Positions 1-15,675 are shown, counted from the stretch's first letter. The stretch is DNA of 64,000 nucleotides from Eledone cirrhosa (GCA_964016885.1 OZ024748.1:21514001-21578000), one strand, 5' to 3'. The notes: generated by a model not told the origin, from the letters alone. Made by a program: numbers and translations.

Positions 1-248
1 GACTCTGTGTGATGTATCTACTGATGTGGTTGTACCTGGGTGTACCAGCCCTGGCTTGGTCTGCAACCTCTGACTCTGTGTGATGTATCTACTGAGGTAG
101 TTTTACCTGGGTGTACCAGCCCTGGCTTGGTCTGCAACTTCTGACTCTGTGTGATGTATCTACTGAGGTAGTTTTACCTGGGTGTACCAGCCCTGGCTTG
201 GTCTGCAACCTCTGACTCTGTGTGATGTATCTACTGATGTGGTTGTAC
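1..248. repeat. 71-bp tandem repeat, about 3.5 copies, running off the window start
   Basis: GACTCTGTGTGATGTATCTACTG recurs at 1, 72, 143 and 214. Confidence 0.9.
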
Positions 249-329
249 AATGTTTGAAGTCAGACACATCAGAGCCAGAAGAATCATGGTAACCTTCAAG
301 ACATCTCTATATCTAGGGTGGGAAAAATT

Positions 330-781
330 CTCGAGATCCATGGACAAGTTATCTCCCGCAGTCTCTCTAGCAGTTCCCTCATCATCTCCCAGGGGGCAGT
401 ATCTGTCTTTAGGGCATCAACATATGTCATCCTCAATCTCCTTCTTCTTGTGTGTCTGTGTAGGGGCCCCCACAGGACCACTAAGTGCTGTGTCAACTCT
501 GAATGTCAGTGAGCATGTCCAGCAAACCTCAGTCTCCTCTGTGTCATTTTGAGGTGACTTTTGGGAGGCAGGCTCCTGTACAGCTCTGAGTTCTTCATCC
601 TCAGTGAATTAATGTTCAGAGCCATCCTCAGCATCCTCGTGTAGCACCCATCCACCATGTGAGTGAGTCTCTTGGTCAGTATACAAACCTCAGACCCGTA
701 CAGCAGCACAGACACCACTGTAGCAATGAAGAGACGGATGTTCAAGTTTTTACGAAGCTCCGACTTCCACACCGATCTCAA
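330..781 (-). mobile_element. RTE/RTE-X-clade LINE, degraded 3' fragment of the RT ORF
   Basis: Minus-strand translation VWKSELRKNLNIRLFIATVVSVLLYGSEV...DGCYTRMLRMALNI...QRRLRFAGH, then LVVLWGPLH...RMTYVDALKTDT. This matches the post-RT region of RTE-type LINEs (SVLLYGxE, RRLRFAGH, LWxPxH..GRP..TY.D motifs), with stops. Confidence 0.85.
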
Positions 782-1116
782 AACTGGCGCACTTCAAGAT
801 ATGTAGGAAAGTAAAGAAGCCAATCACCAGATCAGACCAAGGAAACAATGTTTCCATTCGTCTTTCCATACATCATACTATTTTTGGTTGCTGCTTTTCC
901 TGTGACAAGAGGCAGGATGTGAACTCAGACAACATTGAGTTAGAATAGACACCACAAAGTACCAGACAAGGTGATTTAACAGTTCTACTAAATTAAGGTC
1001 CTGTCCTCTGTTAATTGAACATGAATGGATAAGTTAACCCCGGTAAGACTTCAACTAAAAGTACCACAATGAAGTAGAACAAAAATGGAATCATTTAACC
1101 CTATACTAGTATGACT

Positions 1117-1190
<74 letters not shown>

Positions 1191-1495
1191 TATAGTATTA
1201 TATTGCAACACCCTGCCGTACTATAATATTATATAAATAAGACACATGTGCTTGCCACGTGTAACTATTGCACACACTAACTGCTTCTGACTATCCTCTC
1301 GCATTAATTTCATGTTGTATTTTAACATTAATTTTAATTTTATCCTCTTTTGATATGAATGTAATCTTTAAATGTATACTGCCACGCTAAATGTTATAAT
1401 GGATGTCGACCCACCAAGCAACAATATATGCATATGTATCTGTATGTCTCTTGGGTTGAAAAGGAGGTCATATATGTGATCATTCATTAATAAAT

Positions 1496-1542
1496 TGCTC
1501 CGAAGAATCCAAACCTTGGTTTGGAGGAAACAATTGTAAGCA
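1496..1542 (+). ncRNA. Type I hammerhead-ribozyme-like motif, core variant CCGAAGA
   Basis: tgct-CCGAAGA-a-tccaaacc-tt-ggtttgga-g-GAAAC-aatt-GTA-agca: stem I tgct/agca, 8-bp stem II, palindromic stem III ACAATTGT, GUA site. One core substitution (CUGA>CCGA). Confidence 0.6.
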
Positions 1543-1577
1543 TATAAATGATTTGAACAGAACTTTGATTCTTATAA

Positions 1578-1615
<38 letters not shown>

Positions 1616-1804
1616 TAAAAGGAAAAGAAAATGCTGACAAATTGTTCCCAGTGAAAAATAGTTTAATTAGGAATAAGTAAAAATTAGTAATAGTATTGGT
1701 TAGTATTCAGTTTTGGTTTTAAGTTTTACCGGTTGCGCATTTCTAATGCTTTTCAAAAATAATTTTGAGATAGAGCGCCCGTGATGTTTGCTCTAATCTG
1801 TATA

Positions 1805-1862
<58 letters not shown>

Positions 1863-1874
1863 TGTATGTGTATG

Positions 1875-1929
<55 letters not shown>

Positions 1930-2589
1930 GTACAGCAGTACATAATTGCTGAGATATTTCTGTCAATATAGCCTGTAAGATAAGGTAGTATTAGGCTGAT
2001 GTAGTTGTTTCATGTGACACAAGAAAGTCTATAAAATGTAGAAATTTATTAATTTAATACAGTTTTAATCTGATAATTTTTGAAGAATTCCTTTAAAGTA
2101 TTTTGTTTTGGGATAATAAACTGCTACATCTTTGGTTCAAAGTCTACACCTGGCACCACACTGAACATCAAATTCATTCATGTAACTATTTATGTGTCTG
2201 TATATATATACATACATACATATATATATATGTGTGTGTGTGTGTGTGTATCTTCATATATTCCCCTAAACTGATTCTTTTCCCAGCTTCCCATTTAAAA
2301 CTCTGTGATAAACTATTTTGAAATATTACTCCACCAAAAACTCTATTATCTACACACATCTTTATTGCATTTAAGATTCCACCATGAATAATAATAAGAT
2401 CTGGTGAAATAAGATCCATATTTACTCCTCTCCTATTTTATGAGAGCTGGTGGCATATAGACTTACATATGGTGTGACATAAAAGCACAACTGGTGACAT
2501 CTTGTCAATGTTAAAAGTACATCTGTGAGCACATTGAAGTACAGTTCATATCACAATCAAAAGCATGCAGTTTGTGGAACATTAAACGA

Positions 2590-2790
2590 ATTTATCTGGT
2601 GACACATAAAAGATCTACAGTTCATGGCACATTAGAGAGGTATATCTAATGGCACCTAAACATACATTTGGTGGCACATAAACATACATCTGGTGATGCA
2701 TAACCATACATCTGGTGATACATAAACATACATCTGGTGATACATAAACATATATCTGGTGTCACATAAATATACATCTGGTGGCTCATG
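2590..2790. repeat. Degenerate ~22-bp tandem repeat
   Basis: Repeated CATACATCTGGTGATACATAAA-like units. Confidence 0.7.
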
Positions 2791-2928
2791 AAACTACAAA
2801 TTTTAATAAAATACGTACCAGTAATACAATACAGAATACAAACAGAATTCTCTCACCTCTTTCTGTTCAAACCGGCTGTAACCAACCACACATACTGATG
2901 TTATGGCATTGTTCTCAAAATAAATAAT

Positions 2929-3115
2929 TGTTTCTACTTTTGGCACAAGGCCAGCAATTATCCCAGTACATTACTGGTACTTTATTTTATCGCCCCCTTA
3001 AGGATGAAAGGCAAAGTTAACCTTGGCAAGATTTGAACTCGGACCATAAAGGGCCGTAACCCTGTGATGTAAAGCACAGCATCCGATCCTCTACTGATAC
3101 TGCCAATCCACCGCC
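2929..3115 (-). mobile_element. tRNA-derived SINE family A, with TSD
   Basis: Reverse strand reads GGCGGTGGATTGGCAGTATC (A-box-like)...GAGTTCAAATC (B box)...CTTTCATCCTT..GG..CGATAAAATAAAGTACCAG core...GTAGAAACA. TSD caaaataaataat/caaaatagataat. Confidence 0.9.
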
Positions 3116-3186
3116 AAAATAGATAATACCAAAATCTCATAGATTCGATATTATGTGAGATAAAGCCTTTACCATGAAAATATAAT

Positions 3187-3373
3187 TGTTTCTACTTTTT
3201 GGCACAAGGCCAGCAATTACCCAGTGCATTACTGGTACTTTATTTTATCGACCCCGTAAGGTTGAAAGGCAAAGTTAACCTCGACGGGATTTGAACTCAG
3301 AATGGCAAGGGCCGTAACTCTATGCGTCAAAGCATGGCGTCCGACCCTCTACCGATACTGCCAATCCACCGCC
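3187..3373 (-). mobile_element. tRNA-derived SINE family A, with TSD
   Basis: Same family; perfect 15-bp TSD ccatgaaaatataat (3172-3186 and 3372-3386). Confidence 0.9.
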
Positions 3374-3967
3374 ATGAAAATATAATAGTATATATAAAGT
3401 AATGTAAATGCTAAAGGGTTAAATCAATCTTTATTCTTGACATTTTTTGCTAATTTATTCAAGAAGGGAACAACAATGTCCAGTATAGGGGGTTTTTATT
3501 AGTTTGTTTCATTTTTTTCTTATGAAAATCCCAAACAAGGCATGAAGCTACTTAGTGTAAGGGACTGTGAAGAAGGAGAAGTTAAAACGAAAAGAATGAA
3601 TTTACTTCAGATTTGAAAGAGTTCTTTGGGTTATAAGAAGAAAGAGGAAAAGAATGAGATGGAAGAATGTTCGAAAGTCTGGCAGTTTGGGGAAAGAAGC
3701 TACAACAATCCATAGAAAGATGTCTTTATCTGTGGAACTACAACATGGGGTTATTTTAGGGTTAGGTTGAGTTAGGGATGTGAGTGGAGTTGTAGGGTGG
3801 TGTGGCAGTGGTGGCAGTGGATTTAGTGGTGGTGTGGTAGTGGTGGTGATGGTGGTGTTGATAGCAGTGCTGATAATGGGGGTACTGATAGCCACTATTT
3901 TTTATTTACTTGTTAAATGGTAATTTCCTTCCTTTTCTTTATATATATATATATGGAGCGGGGAATT

Positions 3968-4885
3968 ATATATATATATATATGCATGTGTCTTTATGAG
4001 TGTGTATATACATGTGTGAATATATATATATGGGAGGTATATATATATATATGCATGTGTCTTTATGAGTGTGTATATACATGTGTGAATATATATATAT
4101 GGGAGGTATATATATATATATGCATGTGTCTTTATGAGTGTGTATATACATGTGTGAATATATATATATGGGAGGTATATATATATATATGCATGTGTCT
4201 TTATGAGTGTGTATATACATGTGTGAATATATATATATGGGAGGTATATATATATATATGCATGTGTCTTTATGAGTGTGTATATACATGTGTGAATATA
4301 TATATATATGGGAGGTATATATATATATGCATGTGTCTTTATGAGTGTGTATATACATGTGTGAATATATATATATGGGAGGTATATATATATATATATA
4401 TGCATGTGTCTTTATGAGTGTGTATATACATGTGTGAATATATATATATGGGAGGTGTATATATATATATATATATGCATGTGTCTTTATGAGTGTGTAT
4501 ATGCATATGTGAATATGTATATATGGGAGGTATATATATATATATATATATGCATGTGTCTTTATGAGTGTGTATATACATGTGTGAATATATATATATG
4601 GGAGGTGTATATATATATATATATATGCATGTGTCTTTATGAGTGTGTATATGCATATGTGAATATATATATATGGGAGGTATATATATATATATATATG
4701 CATGTGTCTTTATGAGTGTGTATATACATGTGTGAATATATATATATATATATGCATGTGTCTTTATGAGTGTGTATATACATGTGTGAATATATATATA
4801 TATATATGCATGTGTCTTTATGAGTGTGTATATGCATATGTGAATATATATATATGGGAGGTATATATATATATATATGCATGTG
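3968..4885. repeat. ~69-bp compound minisatellite, about 13 copies
   Basis: GCATGTGTCTTTATGAGTGTGTATATACATGTGTGAA(TA)nTGGGAGG(TA)n repeated. Confidence 0.9.
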
Positions 4886-4949
4886 TTTATGTGTGCGTGT
4901 GTATATATATATATATATGCATGTTTATATATGTATATATATATATATT

Positions 4950-5355
4950 AGTGGTGGTGGTGTTGGTGTGGTGGTGCTAGTGTTGGCGTGGTGTTGGTGT
5001 CATTCACCTCCATAAAAATAACGATGATAATGATAATGTTCACATGGACAATCATAATAATAATGACAGTGATGATGATGATGGTGATGGTTATGATGAC
5101 GGTGATGTTGGTGGTGATGATGGTGATGGTGATTATAGTAATGGTGATGATGATGATGGTGATGGTTATGATGATGGTTATGATGACGGTGATGGTGGTG
5201 GTGATGATGATGATGATGATGGTGTTGTTGATGGTGGTAATGGTGATGGTTATGGTGATGGTGATGTTGGTGGTAATGGTGATGGTTATGATGACGGTGG
5301 TGGTGGTGATGGTGTTGTTGATGGTGTTGTTGATGGTGATGATGATGATGGTGAT
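4950..5355. repeat. (GAT/GGT)n triplet microsatellite
   Basis: Direct inspection. Confidence 0.9.
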
Positions 5356-5481
5356 TTGTTAGGCATGAGGCAGGAATATATAGTGGAGAATAATGAGGCT
5401 GTGTGTGTGGGGGGGGTATGTGGTTTAGAGAAGGGAGTGATGTTGGCAAGGACCTCACTTTTCACTAACTGGCATCTAATA

Positions 5482-7165
<1,684 letters not shown>

Positions 7166-7642
7166 TTGCAGCCTGGTTCTTGTCAATATCACTTCCCCTG
7201 TCTACAATAAAGAAAACCTTATTTTACGAAAACTTTTTCAAACATTTATATACATATTTTTATTTTTATTTATGTATGTTTTTGTTATGTTATAATAAAA
7301 TAAAGAAAAACAAACCAAAACACCTAACAAAACACCTAACAAAACACCTAACAAAAAGCAAGTTTTGCAGATGCAAGAAAAACAACAGCTAAAACAACAG
7401 CAAAAAACCAAAGTAACTTGTTTCAAAATATCTTGTATTTATTTTCATTATTTTTGGTATTATTGCAAGGACATATATATAATATGTGTGTGTGTGTATA
7501 TATATATATAATGTGTGTGTGTGTGTATATATATATATAATGTGTGTGTGTGTATATATATATATGTGTGTGTGTATATATATATATGTGTGTGTGTATA
7601 TATATATGTGTGTGTGTATATATATATGTGTGTGTATATATA

Positions 7643-7673
<31 letters not shown>

Positions 7674-7688
7674 GTGTGTATATGTATA

Positions 7689-7720
<32 letters not shown>

Positions 7721-8083
7721 TGTGTGTGTATGTATATATGTGTGTCTGTGTGTGTATCTATATGTATATATATATATATACAACATATTCTTTGATCTTT
7801 TTTCTAATCATGTATGGTATATATTATGTATATATAATATATATATTATGTATATATAATATATATATTTGTATTCTCCTGTGTGGTATAAGTGATAGAC
7901 GGCTGTTGAGTTCTAGACTGAATAGAGGAATGTTTCTCTCTTTCTTCACTGTATGTAGGTATACTAGATAACTCTTGTTGCACATAAAGTTCTTAGGTCA
8001 GAAATCTTACTGATATTTACTGTATTAAATCACCCTTTCTATTCTTGAACAAATAATGACTCTCAGTTGTTTGTTTTTGAGTA

Positions 8084-8195
8084 GAGGTAGTGGTAAGGGT
8101 GTTGGACTTATGATCATAATGATGTGGGTTCGATTCCTGAGCTGAGCTGAGTTGTGTGTTGTGTTCTTGAGCCAAACATTTCATTTCATGTTGCC
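8084..8195 (+). mobile_element. tRNA-derived CORE-type SINE family B, 3'-truncated at the satellite
   Basis: TAGTGGTAAGGGTGTTGGAC...GGGTTCGATTCC (B box)...GTGTTCTTGAGC.AA.CA.TTCATTTC; matches 15394-15675 and 59680-59965. Confidence 0.8.
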
Positions 8196-8210
8196 ACTAG
8201 GACATTGTCT

Positions 8211-11200
8211 GATGGCCAGTAGCACTAACTGTTATACTGTACATTGATGGCCAGTAACACTAACTGTTATACTGTACATTGATGGCCAGTAACACTAACT
8301 GTTATACTGTACATTGATGGCCAGTACCACTAACTGTTATACTGTACATTGATGGCCAGTAACACTAACTGTTATACTGTACATTAATGGCCAGTAACAC
8401 TAACTGTTATACTGTACATTGATGGCCAGTAACACTAACTATTATACTGTACATTGATGGCCAGTAACACTAACTGTTATACTGTACATTGATGGCCAGT
8501 AACACTAACTGTTATACTGTACATTGATGGCCAGTAACACTAACTGTTATACTGTACATTGATGGCCAGTAACACTAACTGTTATACTGTACATTGATGG
8601 CCAGTAACACTAACTGTTATACTGTACATTGATGGCCAGTAACACTAACTGTTATACTGTACATTGATGGCCAGTAACACTAACTGTTATACTGTACATT
8701 GATGGCCAGTAACACTAACTGTTATACTGTACATTGATGGCCAGTAACACTAACTGTTATACTGTACATTGATGGGCAGTAACACTAACTGTTATACTGT
8801 ACATTGATGGCCAGTAACACTAACTATTATACTGTACATTGATGGCCAGTAACACTAACTGTTATACTGTACATTGATGGCCAGTAACACTAACTGTTAT
8901 ACTGTACATTGATGGCCAGTAACACTAACTGTTATACTGTACATTGATGGCCAGTAACACTAACTGTTATACTGTACATTGATGGCCAGTAACACTAACT
9001 GTTATACTGTACATTGATGGCCAGTAACACTAACTATTATACTGTACATTGATGGCCAGTAACACTAACTGTTATACTGTACATTGATGGCCAGTAACAC
9101 TAACTGTTATACTGTACATTGATGGCCAGTAACACTAACTGTTATACTGTACATTGATGGCCAGTAACACTAACTGTTATACTGTACATTGATGGCCAGT
9201 AACACTAACTATTATACTGTACATTGATGGCCAGTAACACTAACTGTTATACTGTACATTGATGGCCAGTAACACTAACTGTTATACTGTACATTGATGG
9301 CCAGTAACACTAACTGTTATACTGTACATTGATGGCCAGTAGCACTAACTGTTATACTGTACATTGATGGCCAGTAATACTAACTGTTATACTGTACATT
9401 GATGGCCAGTAACACTAACTATTATACTGTACATTGATGGCCAGTAACACTAACTGTTATACTGTACATTGATGGCCAGTAACACTAACTGTTATACTGT
9501 ACATTGATGGCCAGTAACACTAACTGTTATACTGTACATTGATGGCCAGTAGCACTAACTGTTATACTGTACATTGATGGCCAGTAATACTAACTGTTAT
9601 ACTGTACAGTGATGGCCAGTAACACTAACTGTTATACTGTACATTGATGGCCAGTAACACTAACTGTTATACTGTACATTGATGGCCAGTAACACTAACT
9701 GTTATACTGTACATTGATGGACAGTAACACTAACTGTTATACTGTACATTGATGGCCAGTAATACTAACTGTTATACTGTACATTGATGGCCAGTAGCAC
9801 TAACTGTTATACTGTACATTGATGGCCAGTAACACTAACTGTTATACTGTACATTGATGGCCAGTAGCACTAACTGTTATACTGTACATTGATGGCCAGT
9901 AATACTAACTGTTATACTGTACATTGATGGCCAGTAACACTAACTGTTATACTGTACATTGATGGCCAGTAACACTAACTGTTATACTTACATTGATGGC
10001 CAGTAACACTAACTGTTATAATGTACATTGATGGCCAGTAGCACTAACTGTTATACTGTACATTGATGGCCAGTAACACTGTTATACTGTACATTGATGG
10101 CCAGTAGCACTAACTGTTATAATGTACATTGATGGCCAGTAGCACTAACTGTTATACTGTACATTGATGGCCAGTAACACTGTTATACTGTACATTGATG
10201 GCCAGTAACACTAACTGTTATACTGTACATTGATGGCCAATAACACTAACTGTTATACTGTACATTGATGGCCAGTAACACTAACTGTTATACTGTACAT
10301 TGATGGCCAGTAACACTAACTGTTATACTGTACATTGATGGCCAATAACACTAACTGTTATACTGTACATTGATGGCCAGTAACACTAACTGTTATACTG
10401 TACATTGATGGCCAGTAGCACTAACTGTTATAATGTACATTGATGGCCAGTAACACTAACTGTTATACTGTACATTGATGGCCAGTAACACTAACTGTTA
10501 TACTGTTCATTGATGGACCGTAGCACTAGCTGTTATACTGTACATTGATGGCCAGTAACACTAACTGTTATACTGTACATTGATGGCCAGTAACACTAAC
10601 TGTTATACTGTACATTGATGGCCAGTAGCACTAACTGTTATACTGTACATTGATGGCCAGTAGCACTAACTGTTATACTGTACATTGATGGCCAGTAACA
10701 CTAACTGTTATACTGTACATTGATGGCCAGTAATACTAACTGTTATACTGTACATTGATGGCCAGTAACACTAACTGTTATACTGTACATTGATGGCCAA
10801 TAACACTAACTGTTATACTGTACATTGATGGCCAATAACACTAACTGTTATACTGTACATTGATGGCCAGTAACACTAACTGTTATACTGTACATTGATG
10901 GCCAGTAGCACTAACTGTTATAATGTACATTGATGGCCAGTAACACTAACTGTTATACTGTACATTGATGGCCAGTAACACTAACTGTTATACTGTACAT
11001 TGATGGACCGTAGCACTAACTGTTATACTGTACATTGATGGCCAGTAACACTAACTGTTATACTGTACATTGATGGCCAGTAACACTAACTGTTATACTG
11101 TACATTGATGGCCAGTAGCACTAACTGTTATACTGTACATTGATGGCCAGTAGCACTAACTGTTATACTGTACATTGATGGCCAGTAACACTAACTGTTA

Positions 11201-14200
11201 TACTGTACATTGATGGCCAGTAACACTAACTGTTATACTGTACATTGATGGCCAGTAACACTAACTGTTATACTGTACATTGATGGCCAGTAGCACTAAC
11301 TGTTATACTGTACATTGATGGCCAGTAACACTAACTGTTATACTGTACATTGATGGCCAGTAATACTAACTGTTATACTGTACATTGATGGCCAGTAGCA
11401 CTAACTGTTATACTGTACATTGATGGCCAGTAACACTAACTGTTATACTGTACATTGATGGCCAGTAATACTAACTGTTATACTGTACATTGATGGCCAG
11501 TAGCACTAACTGTTATACTGTACATTGATGGCCAGTAGCACTAACTGTTATACTGTACATTGATGGCCAGTAGCACTAACTGTTATACTGTACATTGATG
11601 GCCAGTAATACTAACTGTTATACTGTACATTGATGGCCAGTAGCACTAACTGTTATACTGTACATTGATGGCCAGTAGCACTAACTGTTATACTGTACAT
11701 TGATGGCCAGTAACACTAACTGTTATACTGTACATTGATGGCCAGTAATACTAACTGTTATACTGTACATTGATGGCCAGTAGCACTAACTGTTATACTG
11801 TACATTGATGGCCAGTAACACTAACTGTTATACTGTACATTGATGGCCAGTAATACTAACTGTTATACTGTACATTGATGGCCAGTAATACTAACTGTTA
11901 TGCTGTACATTGATGGCCAGTAACACTAACTGTTATACTGTACATTGATGGCCAATAACACTAACTGTTATACTGTACATTGATGGCCAGTACCACTAAC
12001 TGTTATACTGTACATTGATGGACCGTAGCACTAACTGTTATACTGTACATTGATGGCCAGTAACACTAACTGTTATACTGTACATTGATGGCCAATAACA
12101 CTAACTGTTATACTGTACATTGATGGCCAGTAACACTAACTGTTATACTGTACATTGATGGCCAGTAACACTAACTGTTATACTGTACATTGATGGCCAG
12201 TAACACTAACTGTTATACTGTACATTGATGGCCAGTAGCACTAACTGTTATACTGTACATTGATGGCCAGTAATACTAACTGTTATACTGTACATTGATG
12301 GCCAGTAACACTAACTGTTATACTGTACATTGATGGCCAGTAACACTAACTGTTATACTGTACATTGATGGCCAGTAACACTAACTGTTATACTGTACAT
12401 TGATGGCCAGTAACACTAACTGTTATACTGTACATTGATGGCCAGTAACACTAACTGTTATACTGTACATTGATGGCCAGTAGCACTAACTGTTATACTG
12501 TACATTGATGGCCAGTAATACTAACTGTTATACTGTACATTGATGGCCAGTAACACTAACTGTTATACTGTACATTGATGGCCAGTAACACTAACTGTTA
12601 TACTGTACATTGATGGCCAGTAACACTAACTGTTATACTGTACATTGATGGCCAGTAACACTAACTGTTATACTGTACATTGATGGCCAGTAACACTAAC
12701 TGTTATACTGTACATTGATGGCCAGTAGCACTAACTGTTATACTGTACATTGATGGCCAGTAGCACTAACTGTTATACTGTACATTGATGGCCAGTAACA
12801 CTAACTGTTATACTGTACATTGATGGCCAGTAACACTAACTGTTATACTGTACATTGATGGCCAGTAACACTAACTGTTATACTGTACATTGATGGCCAG
12901 TAACACTAACTGTTATACTGTACATTGATGGCCAGTAATACTAACTGTTATACTGTACATTGATGGCCAGTAACACTAACTGTTATACTGTACATTGATG
13001 GCCAGTAACACTAACTGTTATACTGTACATTGATGGCCAGTAACACTAACTGTTATACTGTACATTGATGGCCAGTAACACTAACTGTTACACTGTACAT
13101 TGATGGCCAGTAATACTAACTGTTATACTGTACATTGATGGCCAGTAACACTAACTGTTATACTGTACATTGATGGCCAGTAACACTAACTGTTATACTG
13201 TACATTGATGGCCAGTAGCACTAACTGTTATACTGTACATTGATGGCCAGTAGCACTAACTGTTATACTGTACATTGATGGCCAGTAGCACTAACTGTTA
13301 TACTGTACATTGATGGCCAGTAACACTAACTGTTACACTGTACATTGATGGCCAGTAATACTAACTGTTATACTGTACATTGATGGCCAGTAACACTAAC
13401 TGTTATACTGTACATTGATGGCCAGTAACACTAACTGTTATACTGTACATTGATGGCCAGTAACACTAACTGTTATACTGTACATTGATGGCCAGTAGCA
13501 CTAACTGTTATACTGTACATTGATGGCCAGTAATACTAACTGTTATACTGTACATTGATGGCCAGTAGCACTAACTGTTATACTGTACATTGATGGCCAG
13601 TAACACTAACTGTTATACTGTACATTGATGGCCAGTAACACTAACTGTTATACTGTACATTGATGGCCAGTAGCACTAACTGTTATACTGTACATTGATG
13701 GCCAGTAACACTAACTGTTATACTGTACATTGATGGCCAGTAGCACTAACTGTTATACTGTACATTGATGGCCAGTAGCACTAACTGTTATACTGTACAT
13801 TGATGGCCAGTAGCACTAACTGTTATACTGTACATTGATGGCCAGTAACACTAACTGTTATACTGTACATTGATGGCCAGTAGCACTAACTGTTATACTG
13901 TACATTGATGGCCAGTAACACTAACTGTTATACTGTACATTGATGGCCAGTAATACTAACTGTTATACTGTACATTGATGGCCAGTAACACTAACTGTTA
14001 TACTGTACATTGATGGCCAGTAGCACTAACTGTTATAATGTACATTGATGGCCAGTAACACTAACTGTTATACTGTACATTGATGGCCAGTAGCACTAAC
14101 TGTTATACTGTACATTGATGGCCAGTAGCACTAACTGTTATACTGTACATTGATGGCCAGTAACACTAACTGTTATACTGTACATTGATGGCCAGTAGCA

Positions 14201-15372
14201 CTAACTGTTATACTGTACATTGATGGCCAGTAACACTAACTGTTATACTGTACATTGATGGCCAGTAACACTAACTGTTATACTGTACATTGATGGCCAG
14301 TAATACTAACTGTTATACTGTACATTGATGGCCAGTAACACTAACTGTTATACTGTACATTGATGGCCAGTAGCACTAACTGTTATACTGTACATTGATG
14401 GCCAGTAACACTAACTGTTATACTGTACATTGATGGCCAGTAACACTAACTGTTATACTGTACATTGATGGCCAGTAATACTAACTGTTATACTGTACAT
14501 TGATGGCCAGTAACACTAACTGTTATACTGTACATTGATGGCCAGTAGCACTAACTGTTATACTGTACATTGATGGCCAGTAACACTAACTGTTATACTG
14601 TACATTGATGGCCAGTAACACTAACTGTTATACTGTACATTGATGGCCAGTAATACTAACTGTTATACTGTACATTGATGGCCAGTAATACTAACTGTTA
14701 TACTGTACATTGATGGCCAGTAACACTAACTGTTATACTGTACATTGATGGCCAGTAATACTAACTGTTATACTGTACATTGATGGCCAGTAACACTAAC
14801 TGTTATAATGTACATTGATGGCCAGTAACACTAACTGTTATACTGTACATTGATGGCCAGTAACACTAACTGTTATACTGTACATTGATGGCCAGTAATA
14901 CTAACTGTTATACTGTACATTGATGGCCAGTAATACTAACTGTTATACTGTACATTGATGGCCAGTAACACTAACTGTTATACTGTACATTGATGGCCAG
15001 TAACACTAACTGTTATACTGTACATTGATGGCCAGTAACACTAACTGTTATAATGTACATTGATGGCCAGTAACACTAACTGTTATACTGTACATTGATG
15101 GCCAGTAACACTAACTGTTATACTGTACATTGATGGCCAGTAACACTAACTGTTATACTGTACATTGATGGCCAGTAACACTAACTGTTATACTGTACAT
15201 TGATGGCCAGTAACACTAACTGTTATAATGTACATTGATGGCCAGTAACACTAACTGTTATACTGTACATTGATGGCCAGTAATACTAACTGTTATACTG
15301 TACATTGATGGCCAGTAACACTGTTATACTGTACATTGATGGCCAGTAGCACTAACTGTTATACTGTACATT
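8211..15372. repeat. 35-bp minisatellite/satellite array, about 205 copies (7.16 kb)
   Basis: Unit GATGGCCAGTAACACTAACTGTTATACTGTACATT, with recurrent variants (TAGCAC, TAATAC, GACCGT, CCAATA, TAATGT) and no spacers. Confidence 0.98.
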
Positions 15373-15393
15373 AGATAATGTAGTCCTAGATAG

Positions 15394-15675
15394 TGGAGGT
15401 ATGTGGCTTAGTGGTAAGGGTGTTGGACTTACGACCGTAATGTCATGAGTTTGATTCCCAGACTAGGTTGTGTGTTGTGTTCTTGAGCAAAACACTCCAT
15501 TTCATGTTGCTCCAGTATACTCTGCTGAAAATGAGTACCAGCAATAGCTGGTGAGGGTTAGCCCTGTGATGGACTGGCGTCCTGTCCATGGGGTAGTTTT
15601 GTACTCTCAGTCACTTCATGCCTTGAAATTAGGATAAACACCAGTCTGACGAGCCTCCTGGCTTGAGACAGACTT
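15394..15675 (+). mobile_element. tRNA-derived SINE family B (CORE-like plus V-domain-like)
   Basis: A box TGGCTTAGTGG, B-box-like GTTTGATTCC, CORE-like TTCTTGAGCAAAACACT..CTGAAAATGAGTAC, V-like CCCTGTGATGGACTGGCGTCCTGTCCA. Confidence 0.8.

Larger units (their letters stand above)
2842..3422 (+). mobile_element. piggyBac-type MITE (5' end missing) interrupted by two SINEs
   Basis: Ends AAATGCTAAAGGG-TTAA; body matches the intact copy at 61595-61815. Confidence 0.75.

Noticed and set aside
8211-15372. 35-bp repeats of CRISPR-like length with dyad symmetry
   Set aside because: Head-to-tail units with no unique spacers, no cas genes, and a eukaryotic context.
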